This document shows positions 62,158 through 64,000 of a DNA stretch of 64,000 nucleotides, one piece after another. The notes under the pieces are model-generated. The model did not search any database. It was not told the origin of the DNA and was given only the letters and a program-made list of their open reading frames with translations. The DNA lies in assembly GCA_014905635.1 (NCBI GenBank), contig JABVCE010000032.1, positions 124,001 to 188,000 on the forward strand, given 5' to 3'. Every line of letters starts with the position of its first letter. Within the stretch, counting starts at the first letter, position 1. The position numbers and the translations under genes were made by a program. Source of the stretch: Scenedesmus sp. PABB004. Taxonomy: Eukaryota.

Positions 62158-64000
62158 TATGGCTGAAACGGCGTCTAGCATACAGTTTGATTGTGTGCAC
62201 CAATGGATTATCGTCTATGATGCAAAGGCGCTGCAAGACGTTGTCCCCGCATTCCCCGACAACCCCAAAGTATTGGAAGTGTTTCACACGTCGCCTGGAA
62301 TCTCAGGAAACCCGCAGCGGAACCGTGCGCTGCAGTTGATCAAAGGCGGCATGGTGTACTTTCTTGATGATGACAACGCCATGCACCCAAGCTTTTGGGA
62401 GTGGCTTCCTAAAGCCACTGCAGGTCATGTGTACACGTTTGACCAGTTACGTGGCGGTGAGCCCCTGCTTTTGAAGGGCAGCAATCCACGACCTAATTGC
62501 ATTGACACCGCCCAGTTTCTGATCGACCGTGACCTAATCGGCAATACGACTTGGGAGATCAATAACTACGGCGCAGACGGGCCTTTCATCTCACAAATTG
62601 TCCACAACCACAAAGCGCAGCATGTTTACGTTCCAAAAGTCCTGTCATTCCACAACTATGTCAAGTTAAAGTTAGCTGGGCAGAGCTGGACGAAGCTTGG
62701 GACATGGAATCACTCAACAGCTCGCGGAGTGTGGCCATGCTGACAAGAGCGGGCTCAGTGACGCGGGTTGGGGATGGTTAAACAAAAGGAGCGGGCGTGG
62801 TTAAACAAAAGGAGCGGGCGTGGTTAAACAAAAGGAGCGGGCGTTCTTGCTGGCGCGATGTGGACTCCCCAGGCTCCGCTGCGCAATTGGCACCCTATGC
62901 CTATGGCATTTAAAAAAGAACCCTAACATGAACCCGAGGGGCGTCTGCGCGCACAGCTGTGGCGGTAGCAAAGGCAGCCCGCCTTTCCCTCGCTCGCAGG
63001 GCCGCGTGCTCGACTTTGACTTTGACGGACGTCGTGGGCCAGCCGCGCGCCAGCTTTCGCTTTGCGGCCACCTTGCCCTCCACACCCCCCCCCCCACAAG
63101 GAAGGCCACAGGGGCTGCAAGGTGGGGCGGTGGCCGGGCTGCGCGGGGCGCGCAGGCAACGAGGGGCACGGCCTGCGGCTCACGCTGCGCACCTGCCTGC
63201 GCGACCGCCAGGTCACGCTCATCCACGAGTACGACGATTGAGTTCCCGCTTGCCTGCGGCATCACCGTGGCACGCCGGTGCGGCTGGGGACGTCGGCGGG
63301 CGAGCGCGCGAACTGCCAGCGCCTGCCACCAGCTCGCAGGCTGTTCACCAGCCCCCGCCGCTTTTCTGTTCCTGCATCCGCGGCGTCGCGGTGGACAGCG
63401 TGCCGAGCGTGAAGTCTCGACAAGGCCGACGCTCGTCGAGCTGCGCCTGGGGCTGCGGTGGTTGCACTGCGTGCCCCAGTGCCGCCGATGGCAGCCGCGC
63501 CCGGCACACGGCCTCGGCGCCTGCACACCCACGCCCGCAGGTGATCGATGTGTCGAGCGTCATCCACGGAACAGCGTGGTCCATGCCAACCAGAGCGACC
63601 TCATCGTGGATGCCGCTGAGCCACCTTCACGTGAGCGCCGCGCCGCGCCAGCCGTCGTCGGGCAAAGCTAAGGATTCCCATGCAGAGCGCCCAATGCGTG
63701 GGGTTTGCTGGTTTTAGTACATATCAAAAATAGGAGAAAGTTGTAAAAATCGATGTAAAACTGGCCACCTGCACAGTCTCAGCACACTGCCCAGTTGCAC
63801 AGCGTTCCGCTCATTTGCAACCGGATGTCGAATAAACAGCCGGGCTCGCCGGCCAAAAAATCCAGGTCACGGCACAAACAGTATGCCCTGTGCTGGTCGT
63901 TTGTCACTATAATCGTTCTTTTCTCTCACAGATTTCAAAATCCGTCAAAAGTTTCAGTCGTCGTGCCACCTGGAGTTCCAGATGTCGACCCTGAGTTGAC
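62157..64000 (+). repeat. Near-perfect inverted duplicate of 56209-58052, continuing beyond the window
   Basis: Both arms 1844 bp within the window; I noticed only one substitution (63108). Confidence 0.93.
62159..62743 (+). pseudogene. N-terminally truncated copy (194 aa, no TM) of the 57466-58260 glycosyltransferase
   Basis: Identical from the internal Met MAETASSIQFDC to the stop. Confidence 0.8.

Noticed and set aside
61580..62743. 387-aa ORF as a genuine fusion protein
   Set aside because: The N-terminal half is antisense invertase-copy sequence in a GC-rich open frame; only the part from 62159 is GT-derived
49200..64000. Complete endogenous giant virus or polinton
   Set aside because: No capsid, polymerase, packaging ATPase or integrase seen in the window; only GT-like genes suggest a viral link

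Overview
Nuclear DNA of a very GC-rich chlorophyte green alga, judged from short GT/GC-AG introns, TGTAA poly(A) signals and plastid-targeted genes; Sphaeropleales-like is a guess. About 2-47.5 kb is a gene-dense run of intron-rich host genes: nucleotide-sugar transporter, small secreted protein, MOT2/MFSD5, GRIP golgin, FdC1 ferredoxin, FUSED/TIO kinase, GH32 invertase, NTF2-RRM (G3BP-like), CWC21, plastid L24, TOM40, a GT10 fucosyltransferase gene, RD21-like protease, DGD1, BRX1 and VAP. Many of these have partial direct or inverted copies nearby. The most striking feature is a single gene (32759-35678) that appears to fuse a GDP-fucose-transporter-like (GFT1/GONST3-4) domain to a GT10 fucosyltransferase through a TM helix and coiled-coil stem. 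The segments 1-0.9 kb and 49.2-64 kb are a mosaic of intron-retaining host gene fragments (USP, Nudix, TGD2, G3BP, invertase), a truncated LINE, and six low-GC, mostly intronless glycosyltransferase-like ORFs that look foreign. The window ends in a near-perfect >=1.84 kb inverted duplication. GC-AG introns are unusually frequent. Family calls come from motif recognition by eye, and no database search was run.
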